This document shows, piece after piece, positions 14,579-27,686 of a DNA stretch of 64,000 bases; position 1 is the first letter of the stretch, and every line of letters starts with the position of its first letter. The stretch comes from Calcarisporiella thermophila CBS 279.70. Lineage: Eukaryota > Fungi > Calcarisporiellomycota. A program made the translations under genes and the position numbers. The DNA is taken from assembly GCF_041956535.1 (NCBI RefSeq), contig NW_027192198.1, positions 698,811 to 762,810 on the forward strand, read 5' to 3'. The notes under the pieces were generated by a model, which was given only the letters and a program-made list of their open reading frames with translations, made no database searches and was not told where the DNA came from.

Positions 14579-15031
14579 ATGGTAATCGAAGCAATGTTGA
14601 AGATCATCACCACCTCTCCCACCTTACATCCCCTCCTTCTTCTCCTATAGCTGTTCTACTCCTTTTTCAAAACCCTCATTGGGCAACAGGTCACGGTTGA
14701 GCTCAAGAGTGAACTGGCCATCACAGGCACCCTCGTGTCGGTTGATCAATTCCTTAACATCAAGCTCGACAACATACGCGTTGCGGATGAATCCAAATAT
14801 CCACACATGGTATCCCTGATAGCTTTTCCTATGCCTAGAGGATGTCCTGTAGTATACTAACCAAAGTGGTGGGGTGGTCGATAGATCTCGGTCAAGAATT
14901 GCTTTATTCGGGGCTCTGTCGTGAGATATGTGCAAATGCCAGCCGCCGCTGTGGACACCGCATTGCTCCAGGATGCAGCAAGGAGGGAAGCAACACAACA
15001 ACATCAGCAGACGGCCGCAAAGGCATTTTAA
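14579..15031 (+). CDS. LSM2: U6 snRNA-associated Sm-like protein LSm2 (3 exons; not in ORF track)
   Basis: ATG|intron|LFYSFFKTLIGQQVTVELKSELAITGTLVSVDQFLNIKLDNI...YPHM|intron|ISVKNCFIRGSVVRYV...LLQDAARREA. Confidence 0.93.
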
Positions 15032-15801
15032 AATTTTTGGGAGAGGCAGAGAGGGGTGTGTGTGTGTGGAGGGGACAAGCTAGTTTCTCGCGGCTGACAT
15101 TTTAATATTTTGGCGTGTTGGCTGCAGTTAACAGAGTGAGTATTTTTTTACTCTTTGCACGCGAACAAATGATGATATGTAGAGTATCTTATCTCTTTGA
15201 CAGAAACCCCTATCTTTTTGTGGTTTCAGTGATATTTTGCATGCGAAAGAATAACCTGACCTCTTTTATTTTTCGTTTTTGCCAATGCTATATCGTCAAA
15301 TGGAGACAATATCTAATTGACTCTATTAATATAGGATGAAGTGTTTACTATTCTCCGGGCCTTTTCTGCGAGTGGTGCTCATTTCCCATTGTATATTGCC
15401 GTTTTTTTTTTTTCCCCTCGATCATCACTAATAAAAAATAAATATAGCAGAAAAAAGAAATATTGATCTTTTTTCTATTTGAAAGATCATTTTCAAACTG
15501 AAAAGTAAAAGAGAAAACAGACAAAACCGAAATACATTTTAATGTGAGACCAAGAAATAGAGAAGGAAAAATAGAAGAAAGAAAAAGGCTATAGGAAGGG
15601 CAAAATGAAGAAGGGTACTATAAATTACAATTAATGTTTCAGTATCAACCAAGAAAAGTAAAAGAGATAGTATAAAAGAAATATGTGGGGTTTAAATTAA
15701 GATGAAATGTACAAAAATAAAAGAGAGAGATCCCTTGAGGGCTGAAATATCCTCTCGGCTCAGTGGTAAGCCGACCGTGAAATGAAAGCACGGGGTTTTT
15801 G

Positions 15802-17081
15802 TTATTTTGGCATTATCTCTTCCTGCACGGGCGATAATTGCGAGATGGGACGGTACATCCGTCGGGTGGTTGAGATCTTTCTTGATCTCCGATTGGCAGA
15901 GGTCGGATCCGCTGCATTCACGGTAACGCTGCGGGCAGCAACCAGAGCGGGAGAAGGCTGCTCACCCTCGGGGGTATCGACAATGGATGCTCGCCTTTTA
16001 GTTGGCTGTAGGATCTCACCCCTATCGTCCAGATCGGCAGTGCGCTTAGGCATGGCAGATTCAATTGCGTTGGTAAAATTGTTAGTGATGGAGGCTAGCC
16101 GGTTCTGCCAATCCCCGAAAATGCCACCCACGTTTCCGCCTAATTCACGACCATTTGTAAACTCGGAAGGAGTTGTGTTGGATGAGCCTGGAATGCCCGC
16201 GTTGGAGTCAATATCAAAGGTAGCATGGTGATGCTTGGCCAGCCACAAATGGTCATGCTTCTCAAGCTCGATCAAAGAGTTAGGCCGGAAAACAAACGCG
16301 GACATCTTAATCCCTTGCTCGATGTTCGCCAGCTCCTCGTCATGCACTGGCTCGACGGCAGGCGAAGGGTCGGTGCTTTGATTGACTGTGTCAGGTTGGG
16401 CTGGAGCTACTGTATCAGGTTCCTCTTGGACGGTCTCTAGATTCCCAGTCAGCGCTTGTAGGGCAAGCTGGCGATTGCGTTGAATATTGCCGTCATCCAT
16501 ATCTTCATCTTCGTCATCATCCTTATAGGCGAGGGAGGGAGAGGGCTGGAGAGCCTATGTAAACAAAAGACTCGTTCAGAACAGTCCAACAACGAGAAAA
16601 TAAAAAAAAATCGAAGCCATACCATTTCTTCTATCATAGCGGACAGCTTCCTCCCGTCGCCTAGCAGTCTCGATTCTCGCAGCTCACATTCCTCCACTGC
16701 CTTTGAGAATCGCCGAATTTCCTCATCGCTCATCAATCGCGCTTCACCATCTCCATATGCACTAGGCTCTTCCCCTAATGAGGCATCCATTTCTCTTGCT
16801 ATATACTGGCGTTCTGCGAATTGCGTTGTTGCAAATGGTCCGTCTTCCACGTTATCGAAGGAGGTGAGCAGAGACTCGAATTCGTTATTGCTGTACCGAA
16901 AAACATGAGCATCTTCATCATCAGAAATCGATGCTGAATCATATGCTGGGAAATAATCGCGGCCGCGACGACGAGCACTTTGAGGGAAACAAGAGAAGCA
17001 AGAGAGGGCAGGAAGGCATGTCGAGAGGTGTAGAAAGAACTTAGGGCAGGATGGGCTAAACTTTGGGGCGTCGTGGGCCAT
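15802..17081 (-). CDS. Hypothetical, largely disordered protein (2 exons; start uncertain)
   Basis: Overlapping ORFs 16449-17081 and 15802-16500 joined by a GTATGG...ATAG intron around 16554-16622. Confidence 0.6.
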
Positions 17082-17338
17082 CTCCGGGAATGGATGTCAC
17101 AGAATGCTTTATGAGCTACAGATGTTCACTCCGAGATGCTGCCCTAGATGGTCGGATTGCAGTTAAAGTCGCCTCACGCGCGAAAGGAAATTGGGGGACG
17201 TTTCCTAATGAAAAAGCCCGTTTGAAATAAAAATTGTACAAGCCACCCAGGGACACCGATTCGCGTTTTCCCAGGAACCGCGTAGTGAGCTGAAATAAGC
17301 AGAAAAAGCATCGCGCTATTGGAGGAGGGAGAAAAAAA

Positions 17339-18538
17339 ATGAGCGCTGAAGAGGATGAGAATATAGCCTCCCTTCGTGATGAGGTGAATCAGTTACGCGA
17401 ACAACGTAAGTATCCTTCTTTAGATGCTCTGAAATTCAGCGATTTAAGCTTTCCTCCAAAAGTTCGCCTTGCCCAAACTCGTCGCGATCAACTTCGACAG
17501 CTCATTGCTGATGAGGAAGCATCCACAGATCTCCGCGGGTTAATTGCAAGCGCCTCTGGTAGTTTTGCTCTCTTACCTCGCTAGCTTTACTTCCATTCAT
17601 TGAGCCATTAATTATGACACGAATAGAGAAAAATAATGAGGATACCCATTTTCAGCGTGATCATTACCAACTTATCCAGGATTTAATGGCTGATACCGAA
17701 GCACGCCAAGCAGCTGAGTTAAATTCAGCATACAGGCTGGCGGGACGCACGATGTTTCCAGTGAAAGGTGGACACGTTGGCATTCGATTGGAGACATTCT
17801 ACAAAGGTGAGCGAGGCTCTTTGGTTTGGGAAAAAAGCGAGTATAATTGACCCACTGGCCGTTAGGAAAGTACCATGAGCCTTACTATATCATTCTCCGG
17901 CATGATATCGGTAATGACCGCCTCGAAATTACAAAGCATACGATTCCTCCCTTTATCCCGCTCCGATCACTGGAACAGCTCTTTCTGAACGACAGTTTAG
18001 AGGTAAGCCTAGCTAATTGTCAAGGTCATAACTGCTCTACAAAACTTCTGTTTGCCTAGGCATTCTTAAAAGAGCTGGACGAGTATCTTCAGGGATTTGT
18101 TTTTCGACGAGAGCAGGTGAAAGCACTTCAAACTTTGAGCGGGAGGAGGGTTAAGGACTTGGCCACCAACAAGGCATTTACGTATGTGCAATTCACGACC
18201 CAAGTTAGACGGAGGTAGGTGGACCTAGTGCTTCTTCTAGTATATCGACCGAAACTTAATTGCCCTTGATGCTCGATACTGGGCATTAGAGTCATCCAGG
18301 TCAACCTCATCTACGAGGATCTAAAGGAATCGCTGCCAACTAGACTTGCCATCATGGACAAGCAGGAGAATGAGGAAGGTGAGTGAAGGGCTGTGGGCGA
18401 TGGCTTGTGTCTCTTTTTAAACATTGCTCCTTCTTTTTCTTATCCCTAGGCATTGGCAGGAGATATTTTGACAAGGAGAAGCATTTTCTCAAGCAGGATT
18501 TGGTGGAGGCGTTTGATCAAGCTTTCCCTCGTGAATAG
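17339..18538 (+). CDS. MCM21: Kinetochore protein CENP-O/Mcm21, multi-exon
   Basis: N-terminal coiled coil, then AYRLAGRTMF...VGIRLETFYKGKYHEPYYIIL...ITKHTIPPFIPL...LQGFVFRREQV, typical of the CENP-O family. Confidence 0.8.
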
Positions 18539-19277
18539 GGGAAACCATGTGTTGCCATCTTACATTGTGCTCATCTTGTATTTATGCATGTAATACTAGT
18601 GCCTCGAACCTATAGTTTAAAAATAAAAATAACTTTTTTTTTCTATTCTTGAAACCATGCAGATACATGTACTCGAGAGAAGCTTTTTTTGGAATTTCCG
18701 TTTCCTTTTCTCTTCTGTGTGTGTACCAGACACACATACCACCCGAAACCATAAAACATGGGCACACCTTGTGCTCGGGCGGTTCATTTCTCTTCAACCC
18801 CAGTTTCGGGTTCCCCATTTTTAAGGTTGATATATTTGTCACTTGGCTTCATGGCTAGGCGAATGTCTCTCGAGAGGGGCGGTGGAATTCAGGGTTAAAT
18901 GGCAATGTTTTAATTCGAAGACATTGTCCTGTAACTTGCACAGTTGATCACAGAGAGATGAGAGCCAGAAATGAAAAAATAATGCCCCATTAATTCAATC
19001 ATTATATAATTATATATATATGAAAAACCACAGGAGGTATATCTACTCTCCTACCGATATACTATTCGCATTTTAAAGAGGTAAAGGGGAGGGGGAAAAA
19101 AAATCATCTGAGAAAACAACAAGCGATACATACAAAAAGAGATAAAGGAGTTGAGCGAAAAAAACAAGTTGGAAGACACCTAGAGCATGCGCCGCGTCCA
19201 AAGATATATATGGAAAGATATATAAATATACATTATAGAATAACAGGGGGAGGGAGAGGGAGGGAATCATAAGCGGA

Positions 19278-20607
19278 TCACATTAAATCCTTCAAATTTT
19301 CCTGCAAAATGGTGGTGGCGACCACCTGCATTACCTTCTTCAGCAACTTCGTGTCGGTCGCGGTCGTCGTGTGTAGGTAAGTCTGCTTATTCAAGTCTCT
19401 GCTGAGGCGCAGGAACCGTCGCTTGAAATAGGCTGCCCCCTTGACCTCGTCGCGCTCGGGCCCGCAGTAGTCGGGGAAGTGGGTCTTGATGGGCGAGTAC
19501 TGGACCTTGTGGCTGAAGAGGTCCATCTTGTTAAAGAAGAGGATGATGGACGAAGAAACGAAGTAAGGGGAGTTGACGATTTGGTCGAAGAGCAACAGTG
19601 ACTCGTGCATTTGGTTCTGGGCAAAAATCGCATCGAGATTGGGGTTAGCAAGTCGCAGACTATAAGGGGAGGCGGGCAAGCGCGGAAAAGAGGGGGGGGG
19701 GGGGGAGGAGAGAGAAGCACTTACAGAGTCTCGGTCCTCATGCAACGCCGAGTCATATCCGCTCAACCCGACAACAAAGAGCACCGCTGTCACGTTCTCG
19801 AAACAATGAATCCATTTCTTGCGCTCGCTTCGCTGCCCTCCTACATCCACCATTCTGCGAGGGGATGGCGTCGATAGGTCAGCCACCCATTGTATGGCCG
19901 CGGAGAGCGCCAAGAAAGGACACACTTACTTGTAAACTAGCGGGTCGATATGGAACTCCACCTCCACGATCCCCGTTGTTTTCGAACGGCACTTTAGGAT
20001 GTCCATATCCGTCGGGACATATTTTTCATTGGAGATGCGCTCAAGGTCCTCCATGAAGCTCCCAAAATTGTCATGCAAGGCGTACTCGTTTCCCCTTAGG
20101 AATGCCCGCCGCACTCCTTCATCCTTCCACAATTCCGTGAGCGCGTAGCGACATTTAGCGGGTATAAAGTCTCTTGCCACCATCTGCTCGATGTTAGAGC
20201 CCTCGGCCAGTATTATCCCGGCAAGCCGCTTATTCTCCTCGGAGGCAAGTGGTATATTGAAGCGCTCGGCTGCTTCAAGCACTGAAATCATTCCCTCGAG
20301 GACATTTGAGAAGACGATGGAGCGATAGGCTAGACGCTCGTGCGGCGAGAAACCGCGGGCGTGGATGAGACGCATTTGCTTGAGGATGGTGGATTTCCCC
20401 GATTCACCAGGGCCTGTCGGGTTAAGGAGAGGCAGCACTGTCAGCCAATGTCATTGAATGTCATTGGTAGGCAGATGGATTACCTAGAAGGAGAATCTTG
20501 ACCTCGCGCTTCATCCGATGTCTGTCATGCTTGAGATTTCGTTCTATTTCTCGGCTGGTCGCCTGCTGCTGCTTCAAGACTTGGGATTTGGAGGAGCAGC
20601 CACCCAT
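19278..20607 (-). CDS. Heterotrimeric G-protein alpha subunit
   Basis: MGGCSSK myristoylation/palmitoylation start, KILLLGPGESGKST, RSKTTGI, DVGGQRSERKKWIHCF, FFNKMD, TTATDT. Confidence 0.93.
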
Positions 20608-20675
20608 GGCGGTGTAGGTGGGCAATCAAGGAATGGGGCGCGGAGGCGAGGAGGGAGCGGGAGGAGCGGAGGGGG

Positions 20676-20708
20676 AGAGAGTGAGTGAGTGAGTGAGTGA
20701 GAGAGAGA
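20676..20708. repeat. (GA)n/(GAGT)n microsatellite upstream of the G-alpha gene
   Basis: gagagagtgagtgagtgagtgagtgagagagaga. Confidence 0.8.
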
Positions 20709-21202
20709 TCGGAGTCGGGGGAATGGACAGGGCGGATGCGCGTTCGATCTCGAAAGGAGGGGGAGCGAGAGAAGTCTAGAAACCGAAGGCGAGACGGGGG
20801 CCAAAGCGGGGACGAGCGGAAAAACAAACGGCAAGAGCAGCGTCAAAAAAGTCAAGGGCAAGTGATACACGCACGGTGATGAAATTTTTTAGGTTGGGAG
20901 TGTTTGGGAACTTTTAGCTTTGAAGCACGCGGTGGGGCGTTGTTGCACAACCGCAATCGGTCGTGAAGAAAAGACACCTTGTTCTCATTAAGGCCGGATA
21001 ATTGGAAAACAAATTAATTGTGTAAGTCATGATAAAACAAAGATGCAAGAGAGAGGGTTAAACAGGGCTCGCTAAACAGAAAAAGAAAGGGGGGGGCTAG
21101 GGCGGGGGCTAACGAGAGCGGGCGCAGGGAGGATACGCGGGGGCTAATTACAGAGGGGCGCACGCCACGGGCGAGACGGGGGAAGGGCGTTGTTGGCCGG
21201 GC

Positions 21203-23880
21203 TCATGCCAGCACCTGGAGCTTGCCGCCCAAGAGCTGTCGCATTCGCCCCTTGAACTCGTCGCTCACTCCTCGGCACTGGGTGACGTCGAGCCATTCCA
21301 GCCTCGGGCACCCCCTCAGCACACATGCCACGCCCATGTCCGACAGCCTGACACAGCCTCGCAAACTCAGTTTCCTGAGCGAGAACCCCGCGGAGGACAC
21401 AAGCGCATGGACGCTGCGGTCGCTGACCATCGATCCACAGAACGCCACGTTCACCTCCTTCAGCCGGATGCAGCCCTCCGCAAGCAGCGCCAGCGCGACA
21501 TCCGTCAGCGCGCAGCAGAACGACAGGTTGAGCCGGAAGAGGCCCGGGCACGACTCGGCGATGCAGGCCATGGCGCGGTCGCTGAGAAAGGTGCAGTCGC
21601 TTAGGTCCAGCTCTCTAAGCGCAGAGAATCGGCATCCCGCCCACGCCTCGAACCCTTGATCCGTGATGGTGGTGCAACGCTGGAGCGTGAGCTGCTCCAG
21701 TTGCCCCGCCAGAGCGGTCAACCCCTCCATGCTGCGGTCGGTGAGCGACTTGCAGTAGGAGAGCCGCAGCCGCGTCAGCCGCGACCCATTCGCGCCCCCC
21801 CCGGGGGCCCGCTGCATGGCGCTCCAGTCGCGCCGCCGTCCGCCCGCCCCGTGCACCAGCGCGATGATCCCGGAATCGAGGACCCTTCTGCAATTGGACA
21901 GATCCAACTCATGCAATTGGTGCAACTCCTCCGCAAGCATTTGGACTCCGGCGTCCGTCACATCCCAGCAGCTTGCCATATCCAGCACTTTAATCCGACC
22001 GCAGTATCGCGCTAAGCTCTCCACCCCGCGATCCGTGATGTAGAAGCACTTGCGGATGGACAGCCGCTCGACCCGGAGCCCAATGAACCGCATCAGGGCG
22101 GTGAATATCTCGTCGTTCAGGCGCGGGCCCCACGGCGAGAGATCCACACTCGTGAACAGATCGGGGTGCGTGCGGAGGACGCGGTTCCACTGGCGGTTGA
22201 CGCGAAGCACGCCCATCGCCTCCGGCACGGACAGGTGCCCAAGAATCCTGGCCAGGATCGCGTCCGGCACCTCCGCTTGGGCCAGCAACGAGCGCGGCGC
22301 AACCTTGCCCAGCGCCTTCGCCGTCTCGGCCAACGCGGCCGACCGCGACTTGATCAGCCGGTCCTGGCTCTTGGACCGAAAAAGCTGATTTCCGGAGATA
22401 GTTTCTACCGTCAAATGCCGCCGACCCTCCTGCTCAGAGGTCGCATGCAGCTCCGCAACCGCATTGGCGCTAGCCCGGCGCTTACGGGGCGCAGCATAGG
22501 GGCCCGCGACCGGGCCGAGATGATCGGGTGACTCGGGGTAAATGTCGGCCGTGGTGTTATAGAGGAGCCCGACCAAAGAGGGCGCCTTGGCCGGGGAGAT
22601 GATGATATCCACCTTTCCATTGGCCTCCTCCATTGTCACATCCACACTAAGAGCTTCGAGAGGCGACTCCTTCTGCTCGACCTCCTAGAGCGAGGGGAAA
22701 AAAAAAAGCAGAAAAAAAAAACATCCCCAGCATGGGGCGGGTCAGCATGCGAATCCACTTCACACGGTTTGCAGTCTAGAATCAGGGAACCAACCTGCCG
22801 TTTCTTCCACTCCTTGTATCTTTTCATCCCGATGTCTCGCACCTGCTCGGCGGCTTCGGGATAGTGCTTCAGTATGAAATCTAAATCCTTTTTCTTCAAC
22901 ACAAAGACTTCGATTCGCGTGGCGGCTCGAATGCTCGCCGTCCGTGGAACATTGGTCAAAACGGAAATCTCTCCAAAAAACTGGCCGGGCAAGAGCCGAC
23001 CCAGCAGATCCTCCCTTGGCCCCGCGAGTACCTCGACAAGTCCCGAGCGCAAGAAATACATCTCTCCTCCAAGCTCTCCCTCTCGAGTCACGTAATCGTT
23101 GGGCAGATAGGTGCGGGGCTCAATCACAAGGGATATCTGGTGGAGAATCTCGTCAGAGCAGTTCTGGAAGAGGGGGACCTTGGAGATCTCGCCCCGCAGA
23201 TCCCCCTGATTGAGATCCTCATTGGCAGGTTGGGCCGCAGCCCGTTTTTTCATCAGCATGGCGTAGCGTTCTTCGGCCTCGAACCGGATTATCTACAGAG
23301 GCACGATGCAGGGTTGAGAATCAGGGGCAATGAATGTGAATGGAGAGATTTCTCCAATTTACCCGCTCCATTTCCGGATACAATGGTAAAACCGCCTTCA
23401 AATCGTCTGCTCTTAACGCGGCAATAAAGCATTTTGTTCGTGCCACTATCGTGGCCGTCCTTGGTATACTGAATAGAATCCCAATCTACAAAATAAAGCC
23501 CACAGAGATGAGAATGATTCATCTTTCCCACCATGAAATCAAGATTGTTATACTTCGCCGAAGAAGCTTCCACCGGCCAATTCACAGTAGACGCTCTCCT
23601 CATCCTTTGAGCACACTTTTACGCGTCCCCTGAGCAGAAAAAACATGGCTCGTGCAGGCTCGCCTTCGCGAATAATAATATCATTGGGCGCGAAGAATCG
23701 GCAGTGAAGCCGGGAGGTGAGATGGGCTATGAATTGGGGGGATGCTCTGGAAAAGAGGGGATGGGAGAGGAGTGAGGAGGAGATGGAGGAGGGTGTCGAG
23801 GGATGAAATGAGGAATTGGCGGGAGGGGAGGGGCGTAGAGGAGGGGGAGGGGTGGATGGCGGAAGTTCGATGTCGGTCAT
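21203..23880 (-). CDS. Cyclic-nucleotide-binding (2x cNMP) F-box leucine-rich-repeat protein
   Basis: Two CNB domains (IIREGEPARAMFF...FFGEIGILFSIPRTATI; VTREGELGGEMYF...FFGEISVLTNVPRTASI), F-box (VPDAILARILGHL...VNRQW), cysteine-containing LRRs (LxLxxCxxlTD). Confidence 0.88.
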
Positions 23881-24369
23881 TTTACGTGATCAAAGCTAGT
23901 GATGGAGGGCACAGCGGGCAGCTGGTGGACGGCGTGGAGGGGAGGAGGGGCAAGTATCAGAATCGACAGGAAAAGCCGCTGTTTTCACAGTAGAATGTGC
24001 TATAATAACAGAGGAGGAGGGGGGAAGAAGATTACGCAGAGACAAGTAGCAGCGGTGAGGGAGATTTCTCTCCAACCTTTCATTTTTCCTTTTCCTGCTC
24101 GTATGGAAACTCCGAACATATTGTACTTGAAATGTATTGCAAGGTGGAAACTAATGCAAATGAAAAACTCGAACCGGAAAAGTAAAACGGCAGACACTTT
24201 TTCCCACAAGCTTAGCATAGAGATCCAGCAAGATGTATGCGAAAGGAACCCAACTTGCCTAAAGAAGCGGCCCCACCGTGGTTCGGTTGAGAGGTGGAGA
24301 GGCGGAGGGTGGCCATGGCCATCTCCAGTGAGCCACGGTTTTGGGTTGTTTCTTTCAAATTATTGCAGA

Positions 24370-24460
24370 TAATAATAATCATGATGGAAACAATAACAAT
24401 CACAACAACAACAACAACAACAACAACAATAGTAATAATAATAATAATAGTGATAATAAT
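24370..24460. repeat. Compound (AAC)n/(AAT)n microsatellite
   Basis: acaacaacaacaacaacaacaacaatagtaataataataata... Confidence 0.85.
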
Positions 24461-24645
24461 AAAAAAGTCTTCTCTACGTAAAAGTATAGGGGAGCGTTCC
24501 CAGCATCACGCTCTCGATATATATACATCGATACATTGACAATGGAAAAAAGAATACCTCACGACTAAGCTGGCTAGCTCTGTATATGACTGTTTAAATA
24601 GTATTTATTTATAGTGGTGTAATCATACAACAGTGGGATGGACCA

Positions 24646-27317
24646 TCAGTGGCCGTCTCGTCTCAAACTCGTAAGGCGCCCGATCAGCCGAACTAAATCC
24701 TTGGACGATGTCAAATGCCAGTTGGCCATCGTCTTCTTATTGGCCGTCCCGATGGTGATGCAGAAGCGCTCTCGCGCCACGGATCCCGCCTGCCGAATAG
24801 CGCGGAACATGTCCTCATCGGTGCGATCATCGCCAGCGCAGAGGACCAATTCACCCTCTCCGGCGTGGGCCGCGAGCAGGCGCTGCACTACTCCTCCCTT
24901 GTTGATGGAGGACGGGCGAACTTCGAGATTCTTCTTCCCAACGAGAATGTCGACCGGCAATTTGGAGACGATCGCATGCTTCAGATGATTCTGGCATTCT
25001 TTTGCTTGGAACTCGCCATAGGCCGGGTCGGCCATCCGATAATGCCAGGTTATGGAGCACACCTTGTGCTCGATAAAGGATCCTTGTGTCCGCTCCATGT
25101 AGTAGTTGAATATGGCATTGACTTCGGCTTGCCAGCTCATGTCAAGTTGCTCCGTCAAATTCACCCATTTCTCGCTACCAGGTTGCCGCATAAAGCACCC
25201 GTGCTCTGCACTCAATCCTAGGTTTCGAATCCCCCCCAGCCATTCGGCAAGTGTCTGCTGGTCTCGCCCCGAGATCACCCACACCACATTCTGAGGATCA
25301 TCGCATAGCATCTGGAGATACTTAAGCATCTCCTCACTGGGCGTTGCTTCGTGGGGTTGCTTGCGGATGGGGGTGAGGGTTCCGTCATAGTCGAACATGA
25401 GGAGGCGATGTTTGCTTGATTTGTATTTCTCCACAAGAACTTCCTCATCCAGAAGTGGAGTGGGGCACGATTGGTCGGGGGTGCTTGCATTGGCCAGTAA
25501 CTGCATAATCAGGTTGGTTGCCCAGTACTTTGCGGTATGTGCGGTTACATGGTTGTAGAGCTGCGCGTGCTTGACTACTTTTTCTTCAGGCGACATGGTC
25601 AAGGCCTCGTGGATCGCATTCGCCACCATACTGTAATCCCAGGGGTTCACGTGGATGGCCGCGGCTAGTGATCCGGCGGTGCCCGTGAATTCTGACAGAA
25701 TCAGGGGGCCATGCCCCTCGCGTTGGCAGATGACATATTCGAGTGATGTGGTGTTCATCCCATCGCGAATGGATGTGATCAAGGCTACATCTGCGACGGT
25801 GAGGAGTGCATAATACTCGTCCCTGTCTATGTGTTGATGGTAGTGGTGAACGGGTGTGAATTCCAGCGAACCATATGTCCCATTGATGTCCGACACGATT
25901 TCCGAAATCTTGTGCTCCAATTTTGCCGACTCACGCACCCCCGGCGAAGTCACCTGTATCAGAACCACCTTGCCTCGCCACTCAGGGAAATCTTCGAGGA
26001 ACTTCTCAAAGGCGGCCAGCTTCTGCTTAACTCCCTTGACAACGTCCAGCTTGTCTCGGGCAACAATGATCTTTTTCCCAGCATACATCTCTCGGATAGC
26101 CTTGATCTTGGGGGCGACTCCAGGGGCCTTCCGCCATGCGTCCACGCGCTCCGCATCTATACCGATAGGGAAGGTTTGTACCGTGACAAGATGGCCCTTG
26201 GCATCCACTCCCGTCGGAGTTGATTCGTATCCTAATACACGCGTGCAGCTACTGATGAAGTGACGAGAGTAGGAGTAGGTCTGGAAGCCAACTTGGCTCG
26301 CGCCCAGCATTCCTTTCAAAATCTCAGTGCGTTCTGTAAACGAAATGAAAAAACAAAAGGGTCCATTAGCAAGCGATATACGAGAGCGCCATTTCCCTGC
26401 TTCCAAGATACTAACTCGGTAGACACCGGAAAATCTCAGAGCTACAGAAGGGGGCATGGTGGAAAAGCCCAATGTGCGCCGAGGGGAACATCTCTCGTAA
26501 CATATGCGGAAGGAGAAGCAAATGATAATCATGTACCCAGACTAGGAACAGGGAAAGAGTTCAAAAACCAGGCTCCAAGGCGTTGGAAAAAAAAAAGACT
26601 TACTAATATCCCCAGGTTTATAGATCCGTTTAATAGCTTCGGCGAATTGGCGGTTGACGGCAACGTAGTCATCCCAGTGTCGTGACTGGTCTTGCGCCTC
26701 CATCGCGGTATCCCAGACCAAGTAATGAAGTAACGGCCACAGCACTTTTAAGTAATGAACAAAGTTAATTAGTCATCCATAGGTGCCAATTTCTCCACCC
26801 CCCCCCCCCCTTCAACCCTGTTTAAACTACCTGATTTGCAGTAGCCTTCATAGTGACCTGCCGATATTTTGTCCTCCAAAAATACAGGGACAATCTTCCC
26901 TTCTCTCCAGAGTTGCTCTTGTAAACTTTTCTTGTAATGGGGATATAGCATGCAAGATTCTATTAACTCGCCCTTTTCATCGGAACAATGGCCCACCCAT
27001 CCAACGTGAATCGACTCTCCCCATTCCTCCTGCAGCGAGCGAATGCCTGCATATAAAGCCGAGTGGCCACGGCGAGTTGTGAAGTGCCAGGTTGGATTCT
27101 GGAGCTGTTGTGGCGAGGGCCGTCGGGAAAATTTGGCCGTGGGGGTGGAACTGTTGGTCGCAGTGGAGGATGCGGAGGTGGCGCAAGGGGTGGTGGGGTG
27201 TTCGCCTTGGAGGATGCAGTTGACGGGGATTTGATGTGTAACACTGATGATGCGGCCTTTGCCCTCTTGAACCCGAGTTGGAAGAACGGAGGAGAGATTG
27301 ATTTGTTTGGCGACCAT
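24646..27317 (-). CDS. TPS2: Trehalose-6-phosphate phosphatase (GT20 + HAD domain)
   Basis: HYEGYCK..LWPLLHY, FPIGID, RDKLDVVKGV, RDGMNTTSLEY, LILSEFTGTA, HAD motifs FDYDGTL, AEHG, CAGDDRTDEDMF. Confidence 0.92.
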
Positions 27318-27686
27318 GGGAGTTTACAGAAAACTATATAGATGCAATGACAACAAGCTACAGTGAAAGAAGATAACTGGTGTGGCCAGAGAGGGGAACG
27401 TGGAAAGAAAGGGAAGGGATTTGATAAGCAGTAGTTTCAAGAGGAAAAAAAATTAAGGGCTAGGGTTTTTGGAGCGATAATTATCTCGGGCGTTTGAGAT
27501 TACCAAAATTTGGAATTGCAGAAGACGTCACTTCCCAGCGGAATATTAAAACGGCGTGGATAGGACAACCACGATAGCGGCAACAAAGACCACTTTTTAG
27601 ACCATTAAGAGAATTCGATGTTTTATTTCCCATTTTTTTGCTTCTAAAACACATTAACCATTAATATATGTTCCAAACCCCTCGGA

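Noticed and set aside
14810-14884. LSM2 intron 2 donor GTATCCCT as a minor (U12) intron
   Set aside because: It mismatches the GTATCCTT consensus and has a canonical TACTAAC U2 branch point.
21144-23427. Many overlapping alternative-frame ORFs in the GC-rich region
   Set aside because: Expected from stop-codon scarcity at high GC; explained by the cNMP-F-box-LRR gene.
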